A stretch of 33,297 nucleotides of DNA from a virus (IMGVR_UViG_3300026196_000017:1-33297), one strand, 5' to 3'; positions 15,606 to 23,234 are shown, numbered from the stretch's first letter. Notes: a model not told the origin generated them from the sequence alone. Program-made: numbers and translations.

Positions 15606-17841
15606 CCCCAAGCAAAAAGACTTTGTGATGAACTCCGACGGTCGCTACAACCTGGCGATCGGTTCGGTTCGGTCAGGAAAAACTGTAGCTGCAAACTTCG
15701 CTTTCATGAGGTTTGCGGCTACAGACATTAAAGGGCCGATGGTCATCCTTGGAAAGACAGAGCACTCCATCAAAACCAACATCCTGACGCCCTTTGCCGA
15801 CATCCTCGGCAAATACTTCCACTACAAGGCCGGAGAGCGCAAGCTTTACATTGCCGGAAGGGAAATCGATGTAATCGGAGCGAGTGATCTTAAGGCCGAA
15901 GGAAAGATTCGGGGAGCAACCTATTCCGGGGCGCTAGTAGACGAAGCTACCGTCATCCCTGAGCCGGTGTTTCGTCAGCTTACCTATCGCTTGTCTGTGC
16001 CAAACGCTCGTCTCTTTGCAACAACCAACCCGGACAGCCCTTACCATTGGCTAAAGACAGGCTACATAGACCAAACCCATAACGAAGACATTGGTGTGAA
16101 GGTTTGGCGCTTTAACTTCGCCGACAACCCTACGCTTGACGAGGGATACATCCGCAAGATTAAAGCCGAGTCTCATGGCCTATGGTATAAGCGCTTCATT
16201 GAAGGAGAATGGGTATTAGCGGAAGGAGCGATCTACGACTTCTTTGACGAGAAGATACATACTATTCCGCACCAGCCCGGCATGGCGCAAGAGTACTCCG
16301 TAGGCATTGACTACGGAACTATGAACCCTTGCTGCTTTGTTTTGATAGGCTACAACCCCAACCTCTTTCCTCAGCTGTGGGTGGAAAAGGAATACTACTA
16401 CGACAGCCAAAAGTCTAACCGCATCAAGACTGACTCGGAGTATGCACAGGACCTGGCCAAGTTTATTGAAGGATTGCCGATCTCTGCGATCTATGTAGAC
16501 CCGTCTGCGGCCTCGTTCAAAGCTGAGATGCGCAGCGCGGGAATCACTAACATTTTCGATGCGCAGAACGATGTCATGAACGGCATTCGTTTGGTTACCG
16601 AGCACTTGGCGAACGGAACGATGAAAATATGTCAGTGCGCCCGTAATGTCATCCATGAGTTTTCTAACTATGTGTGGGATCTTCAGGCTGCCCAAAAGGG
16701 AGTGGAAAAACCCTTAAAGACAAACGACCATTGTTTTGTAGCCGGCACCCCTATCTTGACTGAAAAAGGTGAGGTTCCTATTCAAAAGATAAATGTAGGA
16801 GACAAAGTTTTAACACGTGGAGGATGGAACGAAGTAAAAGAGGTTTTTATTAGGAAAGCCGAGGTAGCAGAATATGAAATAATGGGTCTAAAATTAACCT
16901 GTACTCCTTCTCATAAACTATTTACGCTTGAAGGATATAAAGAGGTGCAAGCTTTGACACCTTCAGATATTCTGTTTACAGAATGGGAGGATTTGCCATG
17001 GATGAAATCATCGTTTTTGAGGGGAAAAAATACAGACGTTACCCGGAGTCTGAGAGAAATTCTGACCGCACCTATTTTAAGTGCAGAGGAAAGTATTTAC
17101 ATAGAGCAGTTTGGGAATTCCACCATGGCAAAATTCCATCCGGACACCATATTCATCACAAAGACAACAATCCCCTCAACAATGACATTAGCAATCTCGA
17201 ATGTTTGTCACCTAGAGAGCATTATACCCTCCATCAGGAAAGTCTTACTGAAGGCCAAAGAGAAGCTCGAAGACAAAACTGCGAATATATTAGACCACTC
17301 TCAAAAAAATGGCATAAGTCTCAAGAAGGAAGAGAATGGCATAGTAAGCACGGAAAAGAAGCATTCAAAAAAAGAATTCCAAAAGACCATAAATGTCACC
17401 AGTGCGACAGAGAATTTGAGTCCACCAAATACTTCAACACAAAATTTTGTTCAAATAACTGTAAGTCACAATGGAGAAGAGTTAATCACCTTGATGATGA
17501 AGAAAGAAGCTGTTTTCAATGTGGCTCCAATTTCTCAATCAACAAACACTCTAATACAAAATGCTGCTCCAAGAAATGTGCCGCACTCATGCGTTGGGAT
17601 AAGAAACGTCTACAACATGCACATTGAAAATGACCATGAATATTTTGCTTATCGACTATTAAGTAAAAATTGCATGGATGCCCTTCGCTACGTACTATTT
17701 TCTCGCTACCAGAAGCTATCGCAAAATCGTTTAACGCAAGAAGATATGGACAGATTCCATGGGGAAATATATGGTAGACAACCTAATTTGCCGGACTTTT
17801 TTAGAGATACAGGGTTAGAAGGAGGCCACAGGATTTTATGA
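15592..17841 (+). CDS. terL: Terminase large subunit (PBSX/Terminase_3-6-like) containing an intein; 749-aa precursor, 436 aa after splicing
   Basis: Walker A GSVRSGKT, Walker B ALVDE, TTNPDSP.HW, nuclease GIDYG and YVDPSA; the conserved NDH|CMDALRY motif is split by the insertion. Confidence 0.95.
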   Translation: MWELSPKQKDFVMNSDGRYNLAIGSVRSGKTVAANFAFMRFAATDIKGPMVILGKTEHSIKTNILTPFADILGKYFHYKAGERKLYIAGREIDVIGASDLKAEGKIRGATYSGALVDEATVIPEPVFRQLTYRLSVPNARLFATTNPDSPYHWLKTGYIDQTHNEDIGVKVWRFNFADNPTLDEGYIRKIKAESHGLWYKRFIEGEWVLAEGAIYDFFDEKIHTIPHQPGMAQEYSVGIDYGTMNPCCFVLIGYNPNLFPQLWVEKEYYYDSQKSNRIKTDSEYAQDLAKFIEGLPISAIYVDPSAASFKAEMRSAGITNIFDAQNDVMNGIRLVTEHLANGTMKICQCARNVIHEFSNYVWDLQAAQKGVEKPLKTNDHCFVAGTPILTEKGEVPIQKINVGDKVLTRGGWNEVKEVFIRKAEVAEYEIMGLKLTCTPSHKLFTLEGYKEVQALTPSDILFTEWEDLPWMKSSFLRGKNTDVTRSLREILTAPILSAEESIYIEQFGNSTMAKFHPDTIFITKTTIPSTMTLAISNVCHLESIIPSIRKVLLKAKEKLEDKTANILDHSQKNGISLKKEENGIVSTEKKHSKKEFQKTINVTSATENLSPPNTSTQNFVQITVSHNGEELITLMMKKEAVFNVAPISQSTNTLIQNAAPRNVPHSCVGIRNVYNMHIENDHEYFAYRLLSKNCMDALRYVLFSRYQKLSQNRLTQEDMDRFHGEIYGRQPNLPDFFRDTGLEGGHRIL
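16986..16990 (+). promoter_or_regulatory. Internal Shine-Dalgarno for the nested HNH gene
   Basis: GGAGG, 7 nt before the ATG at 16998, embedded in the TerL codons for W-E-D. Confidence 0.7.
16998..17627 (+). CDS. HNH endonuclease with two C-terminal zinc-finger repeats, nested out of frame inside the intein, 209 aa
   Basis: YLHRAVWEFHHGKIPSGHHIHHKDNNPLNNDISNLECLSPREH (HNH_3-type); CHQC...FCSNNC and CFQC...CCSKKC; frame is -1 relative to terL. Confidence 0.88.
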   Translation: MDEIIVFEGKKYRRYPESERNSDRTYFKCRGKYLHRAVWEFHHGKIPSGHHIHHKDNNPLNNDISNLECLSPREHYTLHQESLTEGQREARRQNCEYIRPLSKKWHKSQEGREWHSKHGKEAFKKRIPKDHKCHQCDREFESTKYFNTKFCSNNCKSQWRRVNHLDDEERSCFQCGSNFSINKHSNTKCCSKKCAALMRWDKKRLQHAH

Positions 17842-18077
17842 ATGATAAAAACTTCGTAGAGCAAGAAATGAATCTGGTCGCCGGGATAAAAGAATTTCTG
17901 GATCTTAATGGCTATGACGACTACCGAGTAGTGCTCAGCGCCCTCTCAATCATGCTAAGTGAGTTAATTGGAATGACCATGACAGAGAAAGAAATAGAAC
18001 TTTTTCTAGACATGTTCTCCAAAGCAGTCAACGGTTTTCATTTAGAATTCGGTCATCTCGTAGAAAAAGAAAATTGA
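17838..18077 (+). CDS. Hypothetical protein, 79 aa
   Basis: ATGA-coupled to terL. Confidence 0.55.
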   Translation: MNDKNFVEQEMNLVAGIKEFLDLNGYDDYRVVLSALSIMLSELIGMTMTEKEIELFLDMFSKAVNGFHLEFGHLVEKEN

Positions 18078-18118
18078 CATACAAAAATATAGTGCTGTAG
18101 TGTAAAGTAAATATTTAC
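18074..18118 (+). promoter_or_regulatory. Putative sigma70/66-type promoter and dyad upstream of the portal gene
   Basis: TTGACA at 18074, TAGTGT at 18098, GTAAA-N7-TTTAC dyad at 18102-18118. Confidence 0.5.
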
Positions 18119-18132
18119 ATTTCAAGAGAGCT

Positions 18133-20193
18133 ATGTCCTTATTTCGCCCCTCTGAACCTTCATGGTACATCAACTCCGAAGATCGAAGCGTCATTCAACG
18201 CATGGATGAATGCTATCAAAACTCCATTACTATTCAGCAATCCTTTTGGTCGGAAGCAGACCTAGACACCCGATTCAGAGCCGGCGACCAGCAGCTGTGG
18301 AACGACATCTACGGAAACCTTCCGGCATTTAGAAAGCGAGCGTTTAACTTCAACCGAATCCGTAGAGTCTGCAACATGGTGACGGGTCACCAACGCCGAA
18401 ACAGGCGCTCAACGAACTACGTACCGCGTGAAAATGCAGATGCAGCAACAGCCACACAGTTCACCAAGCTAGGCTATTGGTTTAACGATCAAGCTTCTGT
18501 GGGAGATATCTTTTCGCAAGCCTTCGATCAAATGCTCACCACCGGAATGAGCCTACTCTCTTTTTGGGCTGACTACCGCTCCGATCCAATCTCTGGAGAC
18601 CCAAAAGTGGATGTAGTGAGCTACAACGCCTTTTTAATCGACCCTTACTTCCGTAAAGCGGACCTTTCGGACTGCAACTTTGTGTGGACACGCAAGTACC
18701 TCTCTCATATTGAAGCGATGTCTCTAGACCCTTCCAAGAAAGAAATGATCGAGCAGATACAAAAAACGCAAGGTAGAGACGGAAAATTTCAGTTTCTCCC
18801 CGAGTCCTACAACTACGGAATAACCGACCTGCTCACCTACGACGAGTACTGGTATAGGGATTTTCGCCAGCAAAAGATGCTCGTTGACCTCACCACAGGG
18901 GAGGCCATGGAATGGTCGGGGAGTGAAGAAAACCTCAAAGAGTTCTTACGCTTCTCCGGCAAGCGAGTGACAGTCATTGAGCAAACTGTTCCCACCGTCA
19001 AACTGGCAACTGTACTAGAAGGACACGTACTCTATCATGGCGAAAACCCCCTTGGCATTGACTCCTATCCTTTTGTTCCTTTGTTGGGGTATTACGATCC
19101 TCAGCTTCCTTACTTCCCATGGCGGGTCCAAGGAATGGTTAGAGGACTGCGAGACGCGCAATATCTCTACAATCGACGAAAAGTTATTGAGCTGGACATT
19201 CTCGAATCACAGATTAATTCTGGATGGAAGGCAAAAGAGAATGCGCTTGTAAACCCAAAAGACGCCTTCCTCTCAGGACAAGGACGGCTACTAGCCATTA
19301 AAGAAGACGCTCAGATGAGCGACGTGGAGCAGATTCAACCACCTCAGGTTCCGCCCTCAATGATTCAGCTCTCCGAGATTCTTGGGCGAGAGATGCAAGA
19401 GATTTCTGGGGTAAACGAAGAGCTTTTAGGCTCGGCAGACGACGATAAAGCGGGGGTGCTTTCAATGCTCCGTCAAGGCGCTGGCCTCACCACTCTTCAA
19501 GTTCTGTTTGACCAAGCTGATTTAGCCCAAAAATACCTAGGAAACATCTTTTTACAGTATGCACAGAAAAACTTTACTCCCGGCAAAGTCCAACGAATCA
19601 TTGGAGAAAAGCCTTCCGAAGCCTTCTACCATCGCTGTTTCGGAAAATACGACGCTGTTGTTGAAGAAGGAGTCAATACCGCTACTCAAAGGCAACAACA
19701 GTTTCTCCAGCTCCTTCACTTGCGTGAGATTGGCATTCCCATTCCGCCGAAGGTTCTTATTGAAAATGCTACTCTTAGCGACAAAAAGGAACTCATCGAA
19801 GCCATTGGACAAGAGGAAGAGCAAAAGCAACAAATCGGCATGCAGCAAATGCAGCTACAGATGGAGCTTTTACAGGCTCAGATTAAAGATCTAGAGTCGA
19901 AGTCTATGGCCAACCAAGGCCTAGGAATGGAAAGAATGTCTAGGATAGAAGAAAATAGAGCACTTGCGGTAGAAAGAATGGCTGAATCCCAGAAGGATCG
20001 GGAGTTAGGGGCCCTGCACTATACCAAGGCCCTTAAAGAACTAGAAGGGTTGGACCTTCATAACCTTCAAAATCTTTTAGCTGTACTAGATACACTCAAA
20101 CAGCGCCTCGGAACCTCGGAGAACCCCCCTCCATCAGAGCCTTTTCAACAAGAAAATGAAACGGAAGTAGTTGAAGAAAATGCCGAACTGTGA
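18133..20193 (+). CDS. Portal protein, P22-like, 686 aa
   Basis: D.RFRAGDQ.W, FNRIRRVCNMVTG.Q, YPFVP, GMVRGLRDAQ...N, ISGVNEELLG and a Q-rich C-terminal coiled-coil barrel; follows terL. Confidence 0.9.
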   Translation: MSLFRPSEPSWYINSEDRSVIQRMDECYQNSITIQQSFWSEADLDTRFRAGDQQLWNDIYGNLPAFRKRAFNFNRIRRVCNMVTGHQRRNRRSTNYVPRENADAATATQFTKLGYWFNDQASVGDIFSQAFDQMLTTGMSLLSFWADYRSDPISGDPKVDVVSYNAFLIDPYFRKADLSDCNFVWTRKYLSHIEAMSLDPSKKEMIEQIQKTQGRDGKFQFLPESYNYGITDLLTYDEYWYRDFRQQKMLVDLTTGEAMEWSGSEENLKEFLRFSGKRVTVIEQTVPTVKLATVLEGHVLYHGENPLGIDSYPFVPLLGYYDPQLPYFPWRVQGMVRGLRDAQYLYNRRKVIELDILESQINSGWKAKENALVNPKDAFLSGQGRLLAIKEDAQMSDVEQIQPPQVPPSMIQLSEILGREMQEISGVNEELLGSADDDKAGVLSMLRQGAGLTTLQVLFDQADLAQKYLGNIFLQYAQKNFTPGKVQRIIGEKPSEAFYHRCFGKYDAVVEEGVNTATQRQQQFLQLLHLREIGIPIPPKVLIENATLSDKKELIEAIGQEEEQKQQIGMQQMQLQMELLQAQIKDLESKSMANQGLGMERMSRIEENRALAVERMAESQKDRELGALHYTKALKELEGLDLHNLQNLLAVLDTLKQRLGTSENPPPSEPFQQENETEVVEENAEL

Positions 20194-20250
20194 CAAAACT
20201 TAATTTGAAAGCGTATTCTAAACGTACGGTCACCCCGTAAACAGAAAGGT

Positions 20251-20655
20251 ATGCTCAACCAAACAGCAACCCAAGAGGGAAAAATGGCTAAACATTACAA
20301 GCAAGGGTATAACGACCGCCTCGACGAGTCACTAGGAATGAGACGAGGAAAAGAAAGCTCCAAAAAGCAGAGCTACAAATCAAGACGCGACGAAAGCCGC
20401 GGCATGCGTCGTCATAATGCAGACATGCATTCTAAGGCAGATAGCGAAACCCAGCTTTATCACAAAGGCAAAGACTACTATGGTCCAGGGTTCGGCGAGC
20501 CGTCTAATTTGCCACAGCGTGAAATTATGCATAAATATCCTGAACCTTATCCACGTTTGAAGACTGATTATCCTGACACTCTCTCCGAGATTGACCGTGA
20601 TATGATGGATTCTTACGAAAAGGTTGAACGGCATCAATCGGATTCAATGTATTAA
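20251..20655 (+). CDS. Hypothetical charged protein (likely start MAKHY at 20284)
   Basis: Repeated RxDESxGMRR motif; GAGG SD before 20284. Confidence 0.6.
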   Translation: MLNQTATQEGKMAKHYKQGYNDRLDESLGMRRGKESSKKQSYKSRRDESRGMRRHNADMHSKADSETQLYHKGKDYYGPGFGEPSNLPQREIMHKYPEPYPRLKTDYPDTLSEIDRDMMDSYEKVERHQSDSMY

Positions 20656-20834
20656 TGCCTATCATGGAACGCCCCAACTCCCGCACGAAGAAGATCTTTA
20701 AGCTGGTGATGGAGCGCGCCCAAAATTATGGAGACCAGGCAGAGTTTTTTGAAGTAGATATTCAAGAGACTCTGCCTTCAGGTAAAGAGGTAAAGGAAAA
20801 TGAAGAAGCCGTCTTCTATCCGCCCAAACGTTAA
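20655..20834 (+). CDS. Hypothetical protein, 59 aa (not in ORF track)
   Basis: TAATG coupling; MPIMERPNSRTKKIFKLVMERAQ...PPKR*. Confidence 0.45.
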   Translation: MPIMERPNSRTKKIFKLVMERAQNYGDQAEFFEVDIQETLPSGKEVKENEEAVFYPPKR

Positions 20835-21087
20835 AAAGAAAGCCGTCAAGCATCTAAAAGCTGATATTCGAGGCTATAAAAAACAGCGCAAAAACTTATC
20901 CCACGAAATTAAAGAAGACAAAGAGCTCATCACGACGCTCCGAGGAAAGAAAAATGGCAGAAAAAAAGAAAAAGCGTGCTGCACCGCGTGTAAAAATGGT
21001 CACAGTTGCAAAGGGAGTAAAAGTTCCCCGAGGAAAAGAGTCAAAACTGCGAAAAAAACCGGGCTCAAGCAACGCAGGAAAGTATAA
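20800..21087 (+). CDS. Small very basic (K/R-rich) protein, 95 aa
   Basis: AAGGA SD; K/R-rich; CCTACKNGHSC segment. Confidence 0.55.
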   Translation: MKKPSSIRPNVKKKAVKHLKADIRGYKKQRKNLSHEIKEDKELITTLRGKKNGRKKEKACCTACKNGHSCKGSKSSPRKRVKTAKKTGLKQRRKV

Positions 21088-21280
21088 AAAAGTCTCCAAG
21101 ACAGAATTCTGTGGTGAATCAGGTGGCTCCAGTAAATTCAGCTATCCTGTTAGCAGTGCTAAGCGTTGCCGCGCTGCTTTGGCCTATGCTCATAATGCCC
21201 CTAAACCATCTGGAATCAAAGCGTGTGTCAAGCGAAAATGCAAGGGCGAAATCAAAAAATACTCAAAAAAAAGTAAATAA
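20954..21280 (+). CDS. Small very basic protein, 108 aa
   Basis: K-rich; FCG.SGG...SYPV...R.RAALAYAHNAP.P.GIK motif. Confidence 0.65.
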   Translation: MAEKKKKRAAPRVKMVTVAKGVKVPRGKESKLRKKPGSSNAGKYKKVSKTEFCGESGGSSKFSYPVSSAKRCRAALAYAHNAPKPSGIKACVKRKCKGEIKKYSKKSK

Positions 21281-21282
21281 AG

Positions 21283-21588
21283 ATGAGCAGGTTAAAACGT
21301 GGCCTCAAAGTCAAGCATGAAGACATCGGGCCCTACAAGCCCGTCAAAAAGCACAGGAAAAAAGCCTCTCAGAGGAAGTATTCTCCTAAAGCTAACAAGA
21401 AAATTCACAGCGTTATTCGGGAATTTGAGGAAGGGGATTTACATAGCGGTAGTAAGAAAGGCCCTAAGGTTAAGAACCTTAAGCAAGCGGTTGCTATCGC
21501 CATCGCGGAAGCTAAACGCAAAGGATATAAAGCTGGGGAAAAGTGGAAAAAATCCGAGCGAAAGCCAAGAAGAAAAGTTAAGTCATAA
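21283..21588 (+). CDS. Small basic protein, DUF6496-like, 101 aa
   Basis: KIHSVIREFEEGDLHSGSKKGPKVKNLKQAVAIAIAEAKRKG matches the DUF6496-type motif (V..E.K.G.LHSG..G.KV..RKQAIAIALSEAR..G). Confidence 0.75.
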   Translation: MSRLKRGLKVKHEDIGPYKPVKKHRKKASQRKYSPKANKKIHSVIREFEEGDLHSGSKKGPKVKNLKQAVAIAIAEAKRKGYKAGEKWKKSERKPRRKVKS

Positions 21589-21615
21589 AAACGGAAAACC
21601 TTTATGCTAAGTGAA

Positions 21616-21681
21616 GAGAAGAGGCGCCTATGTCGATAGACGGGGAACCTCCTGAAATTCCTTGCCTCTTCTCGCTTTTTT
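21616..21681 (+). terminator. Long-loop hairpin followed by T-tract
   Basis: GAGAAGAGGC (21616-21625)/GCCTCTTCTC (21664-21673), then TTTTTT. Confidence 0.45.
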
Positions 21682-21696
21682 AAAAGGAGTTTAAAT

Positions 21697-21939
21697 ATGA
21701 AACAAGAATGGTTTAAAATGGTTTTACAAGTTCGTTCAGCAATTTATCTTTTGGGTTTGGTAGCAGTCGTCGTGGGTAGCTGTGTGGCTTTTCACAATAA
21801 CTGTCCCCCTCATTCGGAAGACTTTCCTAAAACAAATGTGTTCCTGTGTAATCCTCAGCTGGCTTTCTGGCCACCGGATATGGTTCCGCATCCGATGCCT
21901 CCTGAAAGTCCTTCGAATGATGATGACAATTGGGCCTAA
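21697..21939 (+). CDS. Small membrane/lipoprotein-like protein with Pro-rich tail, 80 aa
   Basis: AAGGAG SD; hydrophobic AIYLLGLVAVVVGSC; Pro-rich, acidic C-terminus. Confidence 0.6.
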   Translation: MKQEWFKMVLQVRSAIYLLGLVAVVVGSCVAFHNNCPPHSEDFPKTNVFLCNPQLAFWPPDMVPHPMPPESPSNDDDNWA

Positions 21940-21989
21940 AGGAGGATACAATCGTTAAATTGATGATCCAATTTTGGAAGGAGATACCC

Positions 21990-22178
21990 ATGACCCTAAA
22001 AATTATATTTGGAATAGCCTTCATCGGCTGTCTATGTATTTTGGCTAGCTGTTCTTTTGGATGGCTCAAAAATTATCCTCAAGACAATTTCGTGGAAGAG
22101 ATGGTGGAAGATGTAATCAAGCATGAAACAGGGCTTGATATCGATATCACTCCTTTCTCAAGCGAAATAAATGATTAG
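21990..22178 (+). CDS. Small lipoprotein, 62 aa
   Basis: AAGGAG SD; MTLKIIFGIAFIGCLCILASC signal peptide with LASC lipobox; acidic mature part. Confidence 0.65.
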   Translation: MTLKIIFGIAFIGCLCILASCSFGWLKNYPQDNFVEEMVEDVIKHETGLDIDITPFSSEIND

Positions 22179-22284
22179 TCACACAGAATATCTATACCTC
22201 ATTTTGGGGTTTTTTTGGGGGGTGGCCACGTTGTGGACCACCCAACTTACCTTCAGGTCCATCAAAAAAAGGAGGGACAAATGA
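22171..22284 (+). CDS. Single-TM micro-protein with basic tail, 37 aa (not in ORF track)
   Basis: MISHTEYLYLILGFFWGVATLWTTQLTFRSIKKRRDK*; overlaps both neighbours. Confidence 0.45.
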   Translation: MISHTEYLYLILGFFWGVATLWTTQLTFRSIKKRRDK

Positions 22285-22385
22285 TTAGAGGCATCTTAGC
22301 CGGATTCCTTTTGGGAGCCTTTTTGTGTTTTGTCGCGATTTTTTTCCTAAAACATTCCGAATCTTTGCTAGAGTTTTTTAAATAA
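22281..22385 (+). CDS. Single-TM micro-protein, 34 aa (not in ORF track)
   Basis: AAGGAGG SD, ATGA coupling; MIRGILAGFLLGAFLCFVAIFFLKHSESLLEFFK*. Confidence 0.55.
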   Translation: MIRGILAGFLLGAFLCFVAIFFLKHSESLLEFFK

Positions 22386-22402
22386 AGTAAAAGGAGATTA
22401 CC

Positions 22403-22687
22403 ATGGCAGTTAATAGCAGTGCGGCGCGAGAGCTTTTCCCGCCACTACCCGAAACTGAAGAGGTAAAATATTCTCAACCTCGGCGTCAGCCAAAAATTGG
22501 AGATACCTATCGTGTCATCTTCGTGGACACACAAGGCAACTACCTGATGACTGAGATGCGTTGGCTGGACTCCGGCTGGGAAGATCAAACCAAAAATGTT
22601 GTGGACTGGTTTGAGAAAAGGGAAAAGCCTAAAAGCACATGGCCGCTAGTTTTTGATTTCGAGATTGAAGATGATGCAGAGTTTTAA
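22403..22687 (+). CDS. Hypothetical protein, 94 aa
   Basis: AAGGAG SD; no motif recognised. Confidence 0.6.
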   Translation: MAVNSSAARELFPPLPETEEVKYSQPRRQPKIGDTYRVIFVDTQGNYLMTEMRWLDSGWEDQTKNVVDWFEKREKPKSTWPLVFDFEIEDDAEF

Positions 22688-22820
22688 GTCTATGTAAAGA
22701 TTGAGAAATTGAGAAATGTGCTGGTGCAACTTAAGTATAATTATCAGACGCAGTTTTTCAAAGATCTCATAAAGATTCAGAATGGGAAAACCCGAAAAAA
22801 TGAAGGTGATCGGGACGCCT

Positions 22821-23042
22821 TTAGGCGATCACATGCCAATCTCTTGCTTCCAAATCATCTTTTTCAATCACGTATGGGTATGAGTTGCCTTCTAAAGTAA
22901 AAGGGACTTCCCCGTCTACATAGGGATGAGAATGAAGGAAAACGTTGCCATTCCACCACATTTTCATATCTGATCCCCAACACATGCGTCTTATTTTATA
23001 CCCTTTCCTAGCCATTTTTACAGCGGTCGCAAATTTCATCAT
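22821..23042 (-). CDS. DUF2829/Tad2-like protein (candidate anti-defence nucleotide sponge), 73 aa
   Basis: MKF..A....RKG.KIRR..W at the N-terminus and D.LEARDW at the C-terminus match the DUF2829/Tad2 pattern (MxFxxAL..lK.G..V.R..W ... D.LA.DW). Confidence 0.65.
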   Translation of the reverse strand: MMKFATAVKMARKGYKIRRMCWGSDMKMWWNGNVFLHSHPYVDGEVPFTLEGNSYPYVIEKDDLEARDWHVIA

Positions 23043-23048
23043 AATTCC

Positions 23049-23234
23049 TCAGGCAAAGTCTTTAAATAGCTCGTTCAATGTCTCTCTCAAACTCAACTCT
23101 TCTACGAACCCTTTCTTGAGATAGATCCCAACGGCTAGACAAAGGACTTCTTTCATTTTTAGGTCATTGTCGAAGCAGTAGTGTTTCAGGTCTCGGTAGA
23201 GGGAGGGGGGAAGTTCAAATGTAAGTCTTTTCAT
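23049..23234 (-). CDS. Ribbon-helix-helix (ParG/CopG-like) regulator, 61 aa
   Basis: KRLTFELPPSLYRDLKHYC....KMKEVL..AV..YL: alternating beta strand followed by two helices. Confidence 0.75.
   Translation of the reverse strand: MKRLTFELPPSLYRDLKHYCFDNDLKMKEVLCLAVGIYLKKGFVEELSLRETLNELFKDFA

Larger units (their letters stand above)
16732..17670 (+). mobile_element. Intein (Hint domain) in TerL, 313 aa
   Basis: Block A CFVAGTPILT, IQKINVGDKVLT, block B LTCTPSHKLFT (TxxH), block F VYNMHIENDHEYFA, terminal Asn followed by +1 Cys. Confidence 0.92.

Noticed and set aside
16998-17627. Idea that the HNH/intein overlap is a sequencing frameshift
   Set aside because: It would need two compensating errors plus a ~210-codon stop-free shadow frame; the HNH has its own SD, ATG and stop. 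Not fully excluded without reads.
16732-17670. Group I intron interpretation of the terL insertion
   Set aside because: The insertion is in frame and bounded by Cys1 and Asn|Cys with Hint blocks; there is no non-coding structured segment.
21299-21610. 103-aa alternative-frame ORF over the DUF6496-like gene
   Set aside because: Non-ATG start, no motif; shadow frame of a K-rich gene.
22709-22900. 63-aa plus-strand ORF
   Set aside because: TTG start without a clear SD, overlaps the convergent Tad2-like gene, no motif.
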